A stretch of 63,286 nucleotides of DNA, filler included, from Chiloscyllium plagiosum (GCF_004010195.1; 6 parts of one record of this genome joined end to end with filler, not necessarily neighbours in it), one strand, 5' to 3'. Shown: positions 37,401 to 49,224, counted from the first letter of the whole stretch. The notes: generated by a model from the letters alone, not told the origin. Numbers and translations: made by a program.

Positions 37401-37520
37401 GAAGTGGTTTCGATCCCAGTATGTAGTGCTGTGTACACCACCCCAGTGCATTGATCTGTAAACCAGGAGCAGTTACCCTGCCAGAGTGTAGGACTGTGTA
37501 CACCACCCCAGTACATTGCT
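31500..37520 (-). repeat. 65-bp satellite array in inverted orientation, ~6 kb (~90 units)
   Basis: Reverse complement of the 11767-20940 consensus, with the same variant monomers. The edge at 31500-31745 is degenerate. Confidence 0.97.
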
Positions 37521-37522
37521 TA

Positions 37523-38615
37523 GTAACGATGTGTTAGATCCTGGCCAGCATGGGGAATCTTGCAGCCTATGCTGGAAGTGACATTATGTACAGCTCCCAC
37601 CCATTTACATCTCCATATCTCCAATGGTCCATGGTAAGGGCGTGCTGTGGTTGTGACCATCACTGCCAGGGAGAGATGGCGGGGAATCAGTTTAAATATC
37701 ACCACATGGGAGGGGTTTGGTGTATAGACAGAGATGGGGAGACTGGGAGACAGTGTCATGGAAGGATGTGTTCCCAGGTTTCAGAATGCTGAAATGTAGA
37801 CACTTCGATAACATCCTGTAACATGAGCCAGCCTTCCCAGGAAAGATGGGAAAAAGTGATATTGGTGTGAGGTCAGATGAGCATTTGTTCTGCGTCTTTG
37901 TTACTGGAATTTGTTTCAACAGAATCAATGACTCATTGGGCAGATTCTAACAATAATTTATCTTTGTTTGATTTTCCTTGTGTAACAGAGGGATTATCTG
38001 TACGAGGCTGAGTTAGTTTCCTGGCGCTATCACCTCATTAACTACCCACCCCACCCCATGGTGTCTCTCTCATTCAATATCAGCCCTATTCTCCCACCCA
38101 TCATGGCTGGAGGTACTCACCATCGCCTGGGTGCCCCTGGATACTCCATGATCCCTGACACTGGGGCCATCTTTAAAAGGTCAATGGGCACACGGTTGAG
38201 CTTTCTCAGTTCGGAGCTGCCCTGCACAGTTTACCCCGAGATGGCAGATAAGGGGCAATTACACCGCGGTTTGTCGACAGGGGCATGGAGGTCCTGGTGG
38301 ATGGGCTAGTACAGAGGAGGACCATTCTCTTCCCAGAGGGGGCTACACCACCAGACCCACAGAACATGGTATGAGCTCCCCACCAAGCTCAGTGCAGTAT
38401 CTGTGGTCTGAAGAAATGTCCAGCAATACAGGACAAGCATCAATAACCTTCCCCGCTCTGTCAGGATAAGTGTCACCGTATTCTCTCTGCTCCCTCACAC
38501 TCACTGTATATCTGTCATAGGACCTATCGCCGAATAAGGCTCATGCTCCACCACTCTCACTACTTCATGCAGCATCTTTCCCCCACACCCCAATCTCTCT
38601 CTCTCTCTCTCTCTC
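37523..38615. repeat. Flank paralogous to contig 1 (37523-37699 ~ 5959-6140; 38243-38615 ~ 7775-8120)
   Basis: Shared blocks include TGGAAGTGACA...CAGCTCCCA.CCATTTACA.CTCCAT and GGTCTGAAGAAATGTCCAGCAATACAGGACAAGCATCAATAACCTTCCC.GCTCTGTCAGGATAAG.GTCACCGTATTCT. Confidence 0.85.
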
Positions 38616-39109
38616 TGTCACCCCTTCCATTACACTAATAACACTGCATGAATACAATACTGTGGACTCTCCCCATCGCCCAACCACACCAGCACTAACA
38701 ACAGGGCCACCCACTCCCACCCTCCCTCCCTCTCTCCCTTTCTCGCATATCCGTTCCCTCACCTCCACCCCCCGCCATTTGGGGAGGACTCTGGTACGAG
38801 CTGGAGAGGACCAGAACACCTCGTGTGGAGATTCTGAAACATCCACGTCCCACCGACTGAGTAAGGAGCAATGCTCAGTGAAGGGCAATTCTCACTTTAA
38901 ACCCACTGGCAGCTCCGTATCCCCCCGACACAACTTAGGAGCCGTGGCCCTGATGCCATCTCCCTTTTGTGTCGAGCTGGTACAAATGGAATCCCCACGG
39001 TCTCGGTGGGCAGGAGGGTGGGCTCACAACACATCGTCACCACCACCTCCCAGGAAGATAGCACGGGGGCTCCCTCCTACACCACCCCCTGTAAACAGCT
39101 CAGATATTG

Positions 39110-39410
39110 AAACTAATTTGTGATAGTTACTGCTCTCCCCACTTGTCCTGACATCTTCAACAATCTGTGGTCATATACACCCAGCGCTCTCTGCTCCTGC
39201 AGCCCCATTATAATGGTACAGCCTGTATTAAACTGCCTTTCAATGTCATTCCTACCACAGTCCATCACCTCACACTGCTCTGCATTGATCCCCATCTGCC
39301 CGAAAACTACTCCAACGTCTCACTGTCCTGTTAGAGTTCCACACTGTCCTCCATAGACTACAGAGTTCTTCCAGGTTCGGTGCCATCAACAAACATTGAA
39401 ATTGTCATAG
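39110..39410 (-). mobile_element. Decayed CR1 RT fragment
   Basis: NAEQCEVMDCGRND...EQRALGVYDHRLLKMSGQV. Confidence 0.75.
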
Positions 39411-40064
39411 CGTCACAGTCCCCATGAAACAACTGAAATCCTGATATACTGATATAATCAGTGAAATACTGATATAATCCCACGATTAGAGTCGAATAAG
39501 GTCATGCTGTCAATGGAGCAACAAATACTCCTGACACATACGAGACAGAGTAGATGAAACATTGACAAACCACAGAGCAAGAGAAATCCGGATCGATCCC
39601 ACTTATCTATATTCACCAGGGTATAATGTGATGAAGTTGAAAGCGTGTACTGTTCATTTAAGCGAGGGTGAATGCTGTTCTGAACTGAGAGCTTACAAGC
39701 ACCTGTGATACGAGAGGATGGCAGACCCAGAAACAGTATATTGCTGCAGAGCTGGAATCGGGTAATAAGCAGTTAAGAGAAAGGGGATCTCAGAGTTGTG
39801 AATAGTTCATGTAAAATGTTCACTTTCAGAGTGAAAAAATAAAATGATGATTTTATTTAAACAGTGGAATTTGGGAGTTCTCTGTCCCTCATATTTTAAC
39901 AGTTTACAAGGCGAATTGAGCATTTCTTTATGTTTAGTTTATCCACATGCCACTGCACAGGCATTGGCAGAGGGTGAAAACCAACAGGGATTCATTCAGA
40001 GAGGGGGAGGGAGAGGGCAGCTGCTCACAGCACCATCCAAACTGATGTCTTATCCATGGACTGA

Positions 40065-40875
40065 TCTAAATGTCCTTTAAATGTTGTAACTGCAAACACT
40101 TTCATCACTTCCTCTGGAAGTTCATTCCACACACAAGCCAGATTCTGTCTAAAATAATTACCTCTCAAGACTTTTGTAAAGCTTTTTCCTCGCATTTAAA
40201 ATATCCCTCAATTTTGAATCCCCTACTCTAGGGAAAAGACATCAGCCCTTCAGCTTATCTGTCCCCCTCACGATTTTATAAACCTCTGTAAAGTTACCCC
40301 TTAATCTCATCCTCTCCAGTGAAAAAGGTCCCAGCATACCCAGCCTCTCCTTATAGCTCACTCCCTCCATTCCCAACAACATCCAGGTTAATCTGTTCTC
40401 AACCCTCTCCAGTTTAATAATATCAAGGTCAATAATATCAAAGTGAATAGTCAAGGTGTTTTCTAAGGGTAGGGGAATCCAAAAGTACAGGACATAGGCT
40501 TAAGGTGAGAGGGGAAATATTAAAGTGACCTAAGGGGCAGCTTTTTCACCCAGAGGGTGGTATGCCTATGGAATGAGCGGGCAGGATGACCAGACTGGAC
40601 ACAGTATTCCAGAAGAGGTCTCACCAATGTTCTGTACATCCTCAACATGATGTCCCAATTCCGATACTCAAAGGTCTGACCGATGAAGACAAGTGTGTTA
40701 AACACCTTCTTAACCACACCATCTATATGAGATGCAAATTATAAAGAATTATACCTGACAGCCTAGGTCTCTGTTCTACTCTTAACTGTATAGATCCTGC
40801 TCTTGGTTGATTTACCAAATCCAATACCTCGCATTAATCCAAACTAAACTCCACCTGCCACTCCTCAGCCCAGTG
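40065..40875 (-). mobile_element. CR1 3' fragment with a plus-strand CR1 piece inside it (~40440-40580)
   Basis: LRMYRTLVRPLLEYCVQ and DIIKLERVENRLTWML on the minus strand. The plus-strand insert reads GGACATAGGCTTAAGGTGAGAGGG...CCCAGAGGGTGG. Confidence 0.8.
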
Positions 40876-41424
40876 TATGATATTACTGCCTCCTCACCCT
40901 TCCCCTTCAATTTTAAAATGCCTATCCCTCTCCAGGATGCCTGCATACTCCGGCATTGATTTTCACAAAGACCCTGAGCTTGGTTTGCCTTGTGTGGTTA
41001 GAGGGAGGAGGGACAGATTGAAGACACAGTCAGTGGGGAGGAGAGGCTGGACAGTAATCACAGGCCAGGAAGAGGGAAGTCGCACATTAGAGTTGGGTAA
41101 AAGTGATCGGTGTTTTGTGACCAGAAATTCAGCTCTTCTTTCGTCTCTCGTGTTCAGTAATAAATATCCATTTGAGACCCTTCATTGGGCAGAGTGTGTC
41201 TGCAGGATTCCTTTCCTTAATATTGCAGACTACAGATAATAGCGATTAAAGACGTTCATAGTAAATTTCGATGGCACAGCACGTACACTCAACATCCTAC
41301 AGTTGAGACAAATATCTTGCATTTGTTTAATAATACAAAGTGCTTTGTGTAGTTCAGTAATGGTAACCTGATTATAATAAATCCACACTGAGCTGAAAGT
41401 GGGCACTCAAATATGACCCAACAT

Positions 41425-41735
41425 CTGGGTATGGTAGTGTAGTGGGTAGTGTCCCTGTCTCTGAGCCATAGCTCTGGATTTGATTCCAATTCCTAAACTT
41501 GTGTGGTTGTGTTCCTAGCTCTGGACTAGAAGGCCTGGATTCAAGTCCTGCCTGTTGCAGAGGTATGTCACAGCATGTCAGAACAGGCTGAGGAACAAAC
41601 ACACAGGAGAATACTGTTACAGCTTTATGGGTATTGTTGAGTGATGCTAGTGTCCCTACCTCTGGGCACAAAGGTCTGGGTGTAAAGCCCACAGAAGTGT
41701 CTCATGACACATCTGAACAAACTGATTAAAATGGA
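41425..41735 (+). mobile_element. Three consecutive degenerate copies of a short tRNA-headed SINE-like repeat
   Basis: Recurring TAGTGTCCCT.CTCTG.GC...G(G/A)TTCAAGTCC...TGTC...ACAT.T.GAACA..CTGA. Confidence 0.5.
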
Positions 41736-41849
41736 TTTAGAATTGTGACTTGATTGAGAAGGAAGAGGTATCAGTATTGCGTTTCAGAATTTAGGCCCAG
41801 GATGACTGAAAGTACAGCCATTCGTGTTGATTGAAGTCACATTTCGCAG

Positions 41850-42085
41850 CAGTAGCGGTTTATAAAATCAGAACGGTCCTGGATAGGATGAGTAGTCAGG
41901 GTTTTTTCCCAGTTTTGGGGCGTCCAAAACCAGAGGACATTGTTTGAAAGTGAGAGGGGAAAAGTTTTGATGAGGCCTAAAGGGCACCTTTTCAGACAGA
42001 GAGTGGTGTGCATACGGAATGTGCTGCCAGAGGAAGTGATGTAGGCTGACACAACTACAGCATGTAAAAGGCATCTGGATGCTGA
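41850..42085 (+). mobile_element. CR1 3' fragment
   Basis: CCAAAACCAGAGGACAT.TGTTTGAAAGTGAGAGGGG...CAGAGAGTGGTG. Confidence 0.75.
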
Positions 42086-42507
42086 CAGACCTGCCGAGCT
42101 TTTCCAGCAATTTCTGCATTTGTTAAAAAATACATGCATTTTAACACAGGTATTCTGAATACATTAAATATTTTATTTTTTTAATGACGCAGGGCCATGT
42201 AAACATATTTCAAATCGGCCGAGACCATTTTTTGCTAAGGGTATGGCTCTGTGTATGACAGCAGCAATGATACACCTACATGGAACAGAGAATGTGATGG
42301 AGACATAGTTTGACAATGTACAAGGAGACCTCACATGGTCCAGTTTGGAAAAGGATGATATTATTGTGGTATTCAACGCAGAGAGGGAGAAAATGTAATC
42401 TCCTGAGAAGGAACGGCCTATTGCACTCTCTCTCCTTCATTGTCCCTCATCACAGCAATGTGTGCAAGCTAAAACAAACTCTACAGTTATCATTACCATT
42501 CTTATTT

Positions 42508-42955
42508 ATATAGAATCCCCGCAGTGTTGAAACAGGCCCTTCGGCCCAACAAGTCCATACCAACCTTCCCAACTCATTCCTCATTCCTGAAGAAGGGCTT
42601 ATGCCCAAAACGTCGATTCTCCTGCTCCTTGGATGCTGCCTGACCTGCTGTGCTTTTCAGCAACACATTTTCACCTCTGATCTCCAGCAACTGCAGTCCT
42701 CACTTTCTCCTCCTATATTTACCCCTGACTAATGCACTTCACGTAGAATTCCCTGAATACTACAGACAGTTTAGCATGATCAATCCACCAAACCTACACA
42801 GTTTGAGTTGTGGGAGGAAACTAGATCACCCATTAGAAGCTCACACAGGAAAGTGGAGTATGTGCAAATTCCACACAGACAGTCACCCAAGGCTGGAATC
42901 GAACCCAAGTCCCTGTTGCTTTGAGGCAGCAGTGCTAACCACCGTGCTACCCTTT
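42508..42955 (-). mobile_element. HE1-like SINE interrupted by a Penelope-type fragment (42575-42712, plus)
   Basis: Minus-strand head GCACGGTGGTTAGCACTGCTGCCTCAAAGC...GGGTTCGATTCC. The insert reads CCTGAAGAAGGGCTTATGCCCAAAACGTCGATTCTCCTGCTCC. Confidence 0.8.
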
Positions 42956-43186
42956 GGGTGCTCCCTGACCAGAATTTATTGGAATCTACTCCCTGCCGAA
43001 AGCAAAGGGAATTCATCCAAATCCAATTCTCCCAGGATGAAATCCCATTGCTCGCAGCTGTGTGAGTACAATATCGTCAGAAGCAGAATAACGTTTTGGA
43101 CAATCTCAATTTTTACTTTTGTCAGGAGTTCCAATAATATCTGGACAAAGTTCTTTCAAATTAAAATTGCAGAAATTTTGTTAATC

Positions 43187-43250
43187 TGTGGGTGTCTGTG
43201 TGTGTGTGTGTGTGTTTGTGGGTGTATGTCTTTGTGTGTGTGTTTGTGTT
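43187..43250. repeat. Imperfect (TG)n microsatellite
   Basis: TG-rich run. Confidence 0.85.
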
Positions 43251-43266
43251 TAGAAAGGGAGGTATT

Positions 43267-43392
43267 AGACCATAAGACCATAAGACATAGGAGTGGAAGT
43301 AAGGCCATTCGGCCCATCGGGCCCACTTTGCCATTTAATCAACTCCACTTACCCGCATTCTCCCCGAAGCCCTTAATTCCTTGTGACATCAA
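43267..43392 (-). mobile_element. CR1 3' end with (TCTTATGG)n tail
   Basis: Matches the 3' end of the element at 62348-63286. Confidence 0.85.
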
Positions 43393-43769
43393 NNNNNNNN
43401 NNNNNNNNNNNNNNNNNNNNNNNNNNNNNNNNNNNNTTAATTAATTAANNNNNNNNNNNNNNNNNNNNNNNNNNNNNNNNNNNNNNNNNNNNCACTCCTC
43501 ACACTCTCAGTCACACAGAAACAGACAGAAAGACACCGATAATCACCCCCTGCTCAGTGCACACAGTGAAAGGGACATTGGTTGCCAGAACCTGTTTGAA
43601 ATGTCTGCAGGTCTCTCACTCAAAGCCCCTTCTCTTCCCAAGTCCTAGCTCCCTCTACCTGGGGCATAGCTCTCCCGGGGATGGAGCACAGTCAGAGTCA
43701 TCTCAGTGGGATTAGAGGGGGGAGGGGGGAGGTGTGAGAGAATACAGCAGCTAAATGGTTTTATCCAGA

Positions 43770-44070
43770 CGAAAGTGGATACTGCAGATGCTGGAGATTA
43801 GAGTCAAGATTAACTAGTGCTGGAAATACACAGCAGGACAGGCAGCATTCGAGGAGCTGGAAAATTGACCTTTCAGGCAAAAGCCCTTCATCAGGAATGA
43901 GGCTGGGAGCCTCAGAAGTGGAGAGAGAATTGGGAAGGGGGTGGGGCGGGAAGAAGGTCGCTGAGATTGCAACAGTTGGATGGAGGTGGGGGTGAAGATG
44001 AAAGGATGGAGAGGAGGGTGGAGCGGATAGGTAGGAAGGAAGATTGGCAGGTGGGACAGGTCATGAGTCT
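43770..44070 (-). mobile_element. Penelope-type repeat fragment with a hammerhead-like core at 43867-43894
   Basis: The minus strand reads CTGATGA-A-GGGC-TTTT-GCCT-GAAA-GG-TC. Confidence 0.65.
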
Positions 44071-44249
44071 TCCTTCCCTCCTTTTGTTGTTCCACTTCCA
44101 ACTAATTGTTGCTGATTACCAATAGCACTTTACACTGGCTTTACACCTCCAGTCTCTTTCATTTTGCTCCTCAGATGGAGTCATTCCTTGCCCATGAGGA
44201 AAGGGGTGTTATCATGTTGCTGCTCCTCCTTCTCCTTTCAGTCCATTCC

Positions 44250-45187
44250 TCACGCGGACTCCTCGTTCCGTTCTCTGCTGCACCTAATTTTGGCTCTCAG
44301 ATACTTGGATTGATTAACCAATTGAATTATTGTTCTAACTGGATATGTCATGGCGTACTTTAACTGGTCTCTGAAATGTTTCTGTGTCACCACATAAATA
44401 AGGGCATTTGTGCAGCAACTTAAGTTCCTCAGCATGTATCCAATCTGACCAAAGAGACGATAAGAAACAGAATCCAAGGAATAACCAGCATTAAAGAAAT
44501 CTAAAATATGCAACAACCAGAGAAGTATGAAGCTGGCAGATATGGCAAAGAGTAAAATCACAGAATTCTTCCTGCTCTCTACTTCTGGATCATTCTCTGT
44601 TTTTCTCTGACCTCTCAGTTCCTTCCGCACCTTAATGGCCTCAAAGATATGTCTGACAGTCAGAATATTGATAAAAATAATAAAAGCGAATGGGTACATT
44701 GGTGTTAAAAAAGTCTGAAAATATTTAAAACTTCTCCACCGAGGGTCATAATAATAACTAGACCTGATATAACAGTGCCATGGAACATTGTTGATAATCG
44801 TTCCAGGGTAATACACAAAGGAGTTGGGAATGTTTTTTAAACAAAAGAAGATGCCGATTGTTGCTAGAACCCTGGTTGCAGTTTTCCCTGTGCAATACTT
44901 AGTTTTCATCTCATGTAAACAAATGGCAACAAATCGATCAAAGGAAAAAGCAATGGTAAACCACGCAGAACAATCAATGCTCAAGCGATTGAGGGCATAG
45001 ATAACACCACAAACAGGAGTGATTTGCAGGAAACACAGTGGATAATAATACTGTCGAAATCGGTGAAGGATGATATAAAAAACAATGAACAGTAGATCTG
45101 ACGTTGTCATGGCCACAAGATAGCGAGTGCTGCACGTAGAAAGGCCACATTTGCCCCGAGCTAAGATTACAATCAACACGAGACTAA
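44250..45187 (-). CDS. GPR139/GPR142-like orphan GPCR, exon 2 of an intact two-exon gene (334 aa spliced)
   Basis: Acceptor TTTCCTTTCTCTTACAG|TT AGT. Open frame with RGKCGLSTCSTRYLVAM, SAWFTIAFSFDRFVAIC, NVPWHC, FILLW and LSCCTNALIY. Confidence 0.92.
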
Positions 45188-45931
45188 CTGTAAGAGAAAG
45201 GAAAAAATAGACTTGAAGGTATTAATCAAACATTCTCTGTGCCTGAGCCCAGACTGTAGGTAATGACACAAAGATAATTGGTGTTCCATGTTATATGAAG
45301 TTTAAAGAATCTGAACTACATCAGCAAACTATCTAAATGAATCATTGAAATTTTAAAGGACATAGGGAAGAACATGAGCAGCAGATTACTCACAGAAACA
45401 CAGTCATTTACTCAATGTGGTTTTGGGTCAACAGCTGTCGATTTTAACTGCTCCTTGAATGCTGCCTTTTCCAGCACTTTGCTCTATCTGCAACCATCAA
45501 TGTCTCCTAATCATGAATGACATGCTGAACCCACACATTGCCCTATTGTATCCGGGCTCCCATTTCGGAGCGAGCTGCCTGAGCAAGATCCACCAACACA
45601 ATCCCTTTCCATCAAGGAATGGGAAATACCAGGTGCCACTGAGAGGTAGGTTGTTACAAAACCCCTATCGGGCTGTGAACTACCACAGAGAGATGGTGGT
45701 CTTGCTCAACACTGTGGCCTCTGTGTCAAACCATTCTGCACAGTTTAGGGAAACACACAATGCTGCGCATTACTGAAGAGTATTCTCTTTATACTCAGTA
45801 AATGAGGACACTATTAACTGGCATCAGGATTTGCCTTGCTAAATGAAGTTATAATTATTTATCATTTGTCTGTAGAAATGATGATGATTTAATGCAGAAG
45901 TTTATACAAGTTAGGTTGTTCCAACACTTAC

Positions 45932-45998
45932 CAGGAACACCAACGACAGCAAGGATCGTCTCATACACTCTATCGATCCTTTCCCTGAGAAGATGCAT
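45932..45998 (-). CDS. Exon 1 of the intact GPR139/GPR142-like GPCR
   Basis: ATG at 45998: MHLLRERIDRVYETILAVVGVP-G|GTAAGT. The 744-nt phase-1 intron (45188-45931) joins in frame (G+TT = Val) and completes TM1. This exon is not in the supplied ORF track. Confidence 0.88.
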
Positions 45999-46714
45999 TT
46001 CGTTGTTTGTGACACAACCTTTCTCTTCCTGCTGCTGGCAATCTGTTGAAATTGGAGAATTCTCTCGGAGATGGAGCTGACACTGTTCCAGAGACTTTGT
46101 TTTATGTTGTATGGTATCTCCACTGGGAAACCGTGATTACATCTTCAAACTTTTTAATACCATTTTGCACAAACAAGTTACGAAAGTAGGTTTATTTTAA
46201 TGATGTAATAGCAATGGGATTTACGTCTGTATTTGAATACCCAGAAGACTGGATTAATCTGATCCTGTTCGGTCTCAAACGTTAGTTCCAATTTATCTTC
46301 AAGCAACAACACTTGCAATATTTCACTCACTATCAATCCCATCAATATCAAAAGATATTTAGATATTCTTTTCAGTGATGACAATCATTCTGCTGAGGTT
46401 ATTCAGTCGTTCCGTATCTCATGTTGGAGACCTCTTTGAGAGCTGTTCTACTACACACTGTTATCCCCAGCTTACCTTGTTAATGCTGTTACACGACTGA
46501 TTTGGGAAATTCTCTCTGTGAATGGGAACTCTAATACAGAACCTGCAGCTAATGCCGACCACACCAACAGCTGGAACTTCCACTCGGTCACATTTCCTCA
46601 AAACAAAGACAAAAATAATCATTAATCTCAGTTCAAAATCTTGGAATGATAGCATCATACAAGACAGAGTTTTTATCGAGCTTGTATCTCTAAAATCTAA
46701 AATCACACTCAAAA

Positions 46715-48650
46715 CAACACAGGGCTGGAAAATGGGAAATCTTCAAAAATAAGATAACGAAAGTCCAGAGGCAGCATGTTCCTGTTCGGGTTAAAAAGCA
46801 AGGCTGGTAGGTGCAGGGATTATCGAATGACTAGAGAAATTGGGTTTTGGTTAAGAAAAAGAAGGAAACATAAGTCAGGTATAGACAGCAGAGATCGAGT
46901 GAATCCTGAGAACAGTATAAATGCAGTAGGAGTATACTTAGAAGGGAAATCAGGAGGGTGAAAAGGGGACATGAGATAGTGCTGGCAAATAGAGTTAAGG
47001 AGAATCCAAAGGGATTCTATAAGTACATTAAGGACAAAAAATTAACTCGGGAGATAATAGGGCCTCTCAAAGATCGCAAGGCAACCGTTGTGTGGAACCA
47101 CAGGAGATTGTGGAGTTACTAAACGAATATTTGGCATCAGTGTTTACTGTGGAGAAGGACATGGAAGATATAGAATGTAGGGAAAGAGATGGTGACATCT
47201 TGAAAAATGTTCATGTTACAGAGGAGGATGTGCTGGATGTCTAAAAATTCACAAGTGTGGATAAATCCCTAGGACCTGCTCAGGAGAACCCTAGGACTCA
47301 GTTGGAAGCAAGTAAAGTAATTGCTGGGCCCCTTGCTGAGATATTTGTATCATCGATAGTCACAGGTGAGGTGCTGGAAGACTGAAGGTTGGCAAACGTG
47401 GTGCCACTATTTCAGAAAGGTGGTAAGGAAAAGCCAGGGAACTATAGACCAGTGAGCCTGATCGTGGAAGGCAGGATATTGGAGGGAATCCTGAGGGACA
47501 GGATTTGCATGTAACTGGAAAGGCAAGGACTGTTTAGGGATAGTCAGCATGGCTTTGTGCGTATGAAGATGATTGATGAGGGTAGAGCAGTAGATGTGAT
47601 CTACATGGACTTCAGTAAGGTGTTCAACAAGGTTCCTCACTGTGGACTGGTTAGATCTCGTGGAATACAGAGAGAACTAGTCATTTGGATACAGTACTGG
47701 CTCAAAGGTAGAAGACAGAGGGTAGTGGTGGAGGGTTGACTTTCGGCCTGGAGGCCTGTGAGCAGTGGTGTGCCACAAGGATCGGTGCTGGGTTCATTGC
47801 TTTTCATAATTTCTTTACAAGATTTGGATTTGAATATAGGAGATATAGTTTGTAAGTTTGCAGATGACACCAAAATTGGAGGTAACCTCAGATACACAAG
47901 ACCTTGATCAGATGGGTCAATGGGCAAATGGAGTTTAATTTAGATAAATGTGAGGTGCTGCATTTAGGAAAGACAAATCAGAGCAGGACTTACACACTAA
48001 TGGTAAGGTCCTGGGGAGTGTTGCTGAACAAAGAAATGTTGGAGTGCATGTTCATAGTTCCTTGAAAGTCGAGTCACATGTAAATAGGATAGCTAAGAAG
48101 GCTTTTGGTATCTTTTCCTTTATTGGTCAGGGCATTGAGTATAGTAGATGATAGGTCATGTTATGGGGGTACAGGACATTGGTTAGGTCACTTTTGTAAT
48201 ACTGTGTGCAAATCTGATAACCCTCCTATTGGAAGAATGTTGTGAAACTCGAAAGAGTTCAGAAAAGATTTACAAGGATGGCGCCAAGGTTGGAAGATTT
48301 GAGCTGTAGGGAGAGGATGAATAGGCTGAGGTTGTTTTCCTTGGAGTGTTGGAGGCTGAGGGGTGACTTCATAAAAGTTTATAAAATCATGAGGGGCATG
48401 GATAGGGTAAATAGACAAGGATTTTTTCCAGGAGTTGGAGGAGAAATTTAAAAGGGACCATCTGGGCAACTTTTTCATGCAGAGGGTGGTGTGTGTATGG
48501 ACTGAGTTGCAAGAGGAAGTGGTGGAGGCTGGTACAACTACAACAGTTAAAAGGCATCCAGATGGGTAAATGGGACTAGATTAACTTACGATATCTGGAC
48601 AAGTTGGACCAAAGGGACTGTTTTTGTGCTGTACATCTCTATGATTCTAT
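46715..48650 (+). mobile_element. Decayed CR1 LINE (ORF2 RT to 3' tail)
   Basis: IDEGRAVDVIYMDFSKVFNKVPH, SGVPQGSVLG, KFADDTK, KLERVQKRFTRM; tail CTCTATGATTCTAT. Confidence 0.92.
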
Positions 48651-48924
48651 CTCTCTCTCTCAATCTCTCTTTCAGTCTCACACACGCTCTCACACACAGA
48701 CAAGATATGCATCACACACATGTAAATAATGTTTCTGCCTTTCTAAGTAATACCTTCCTTTGCATGGGAAAACAATTTACGCTACTCATCTATATTTCCT
48801 TTAAACAATGTACTAAACGAATTCACTAACCTATCTCAATCAGAATCAGACTAGGTGATCTCACAAGCATTCAGATAGGATTCAAGTTCATGTAGTTGAC
48901 AGCCCTCACTTAATCTATCTGCAT

Positions 48925-49060
48925 TCCCTTCCTGAAGAAGGGCATGTGCCCGAAACGTCGAATCTTCTGTTCCCTAGATGCTGCCTGACCTGCTGTGCTG
49001 TTCCAGCAATAAAGTTTCAGCTTTGATCTCCAGCGTCTGCAGACCTCACTTTCTCCTCCT
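48925..49060 (+). mobile_element. Penelope-type repeat fragment
   Basis: Hammerhead core followed by GATGCTGCCTGACCTGCTGTGCTGTTCCAGC...CTCCAGCGTCTGCAGACCTCACTTTCTCCT. Confidence 0.7.
48929..48962 (+). ncRNA. Candidate minimal type I hammerhead ribozyme motif
   Basis: TTC-CTGAAGA-A-GGGC-ATGT-GCCC-GAAA-CG-TC-GAA: CUGANGA box, 4-bp stem II, GAAA box, UH site and 3-bp stem I. Confidence 0.55.
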
Positions 49061-49224
49061 TTTTCTTGGGACCAAATAGAGACAAACAAACATTACACTC
49101 AATGATAAATAATAAATCTAAAACCTCTACTTCCTAATTGGGACAGAAATGTCAAGTTGGATTCTAAATCACTCAGGTGGCCTGCCATTGAACTGGCTCA
49201 TATTCAGACACTTGCCAACTCTTA

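Noticed and set aside
11767..37520. Dozens of 60-120 aa Cys/Trp/Gly-rich ORFs in the satellite arrays
   Set aside because: The 65-nt unit cycles through all three frames with a single consensus stop (TAA) per 195 nt on the G-rich strand. ORFs of about 64 aa therefore arise automatically. There is no frame preservation or domain signature.
38115..38170. Minus-strand ATG...TG|GTGAGT as the missing exon 1 of copy 3
   Set aside because: The peptide (MAPVSGIMEYPGAPRR) has no TM1 similarity, and the donor is phase 2 in that frame, which is incompatible with the phase-1 acceptor.
38662..39123. 153-aa Pro/Ser/Thr-rich ORF
   Set aside because: The DNA is low-complexity and C-rich, the start is non-ATG, and there is no recognisable domain or splice support.
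42650..43444. 264-aa ORF
   Set aside because: It runs through a Penelope fragment, an antisense SINE, a TG microsatellite, a CR1 tail and a spacer, so it is a chance open frame.
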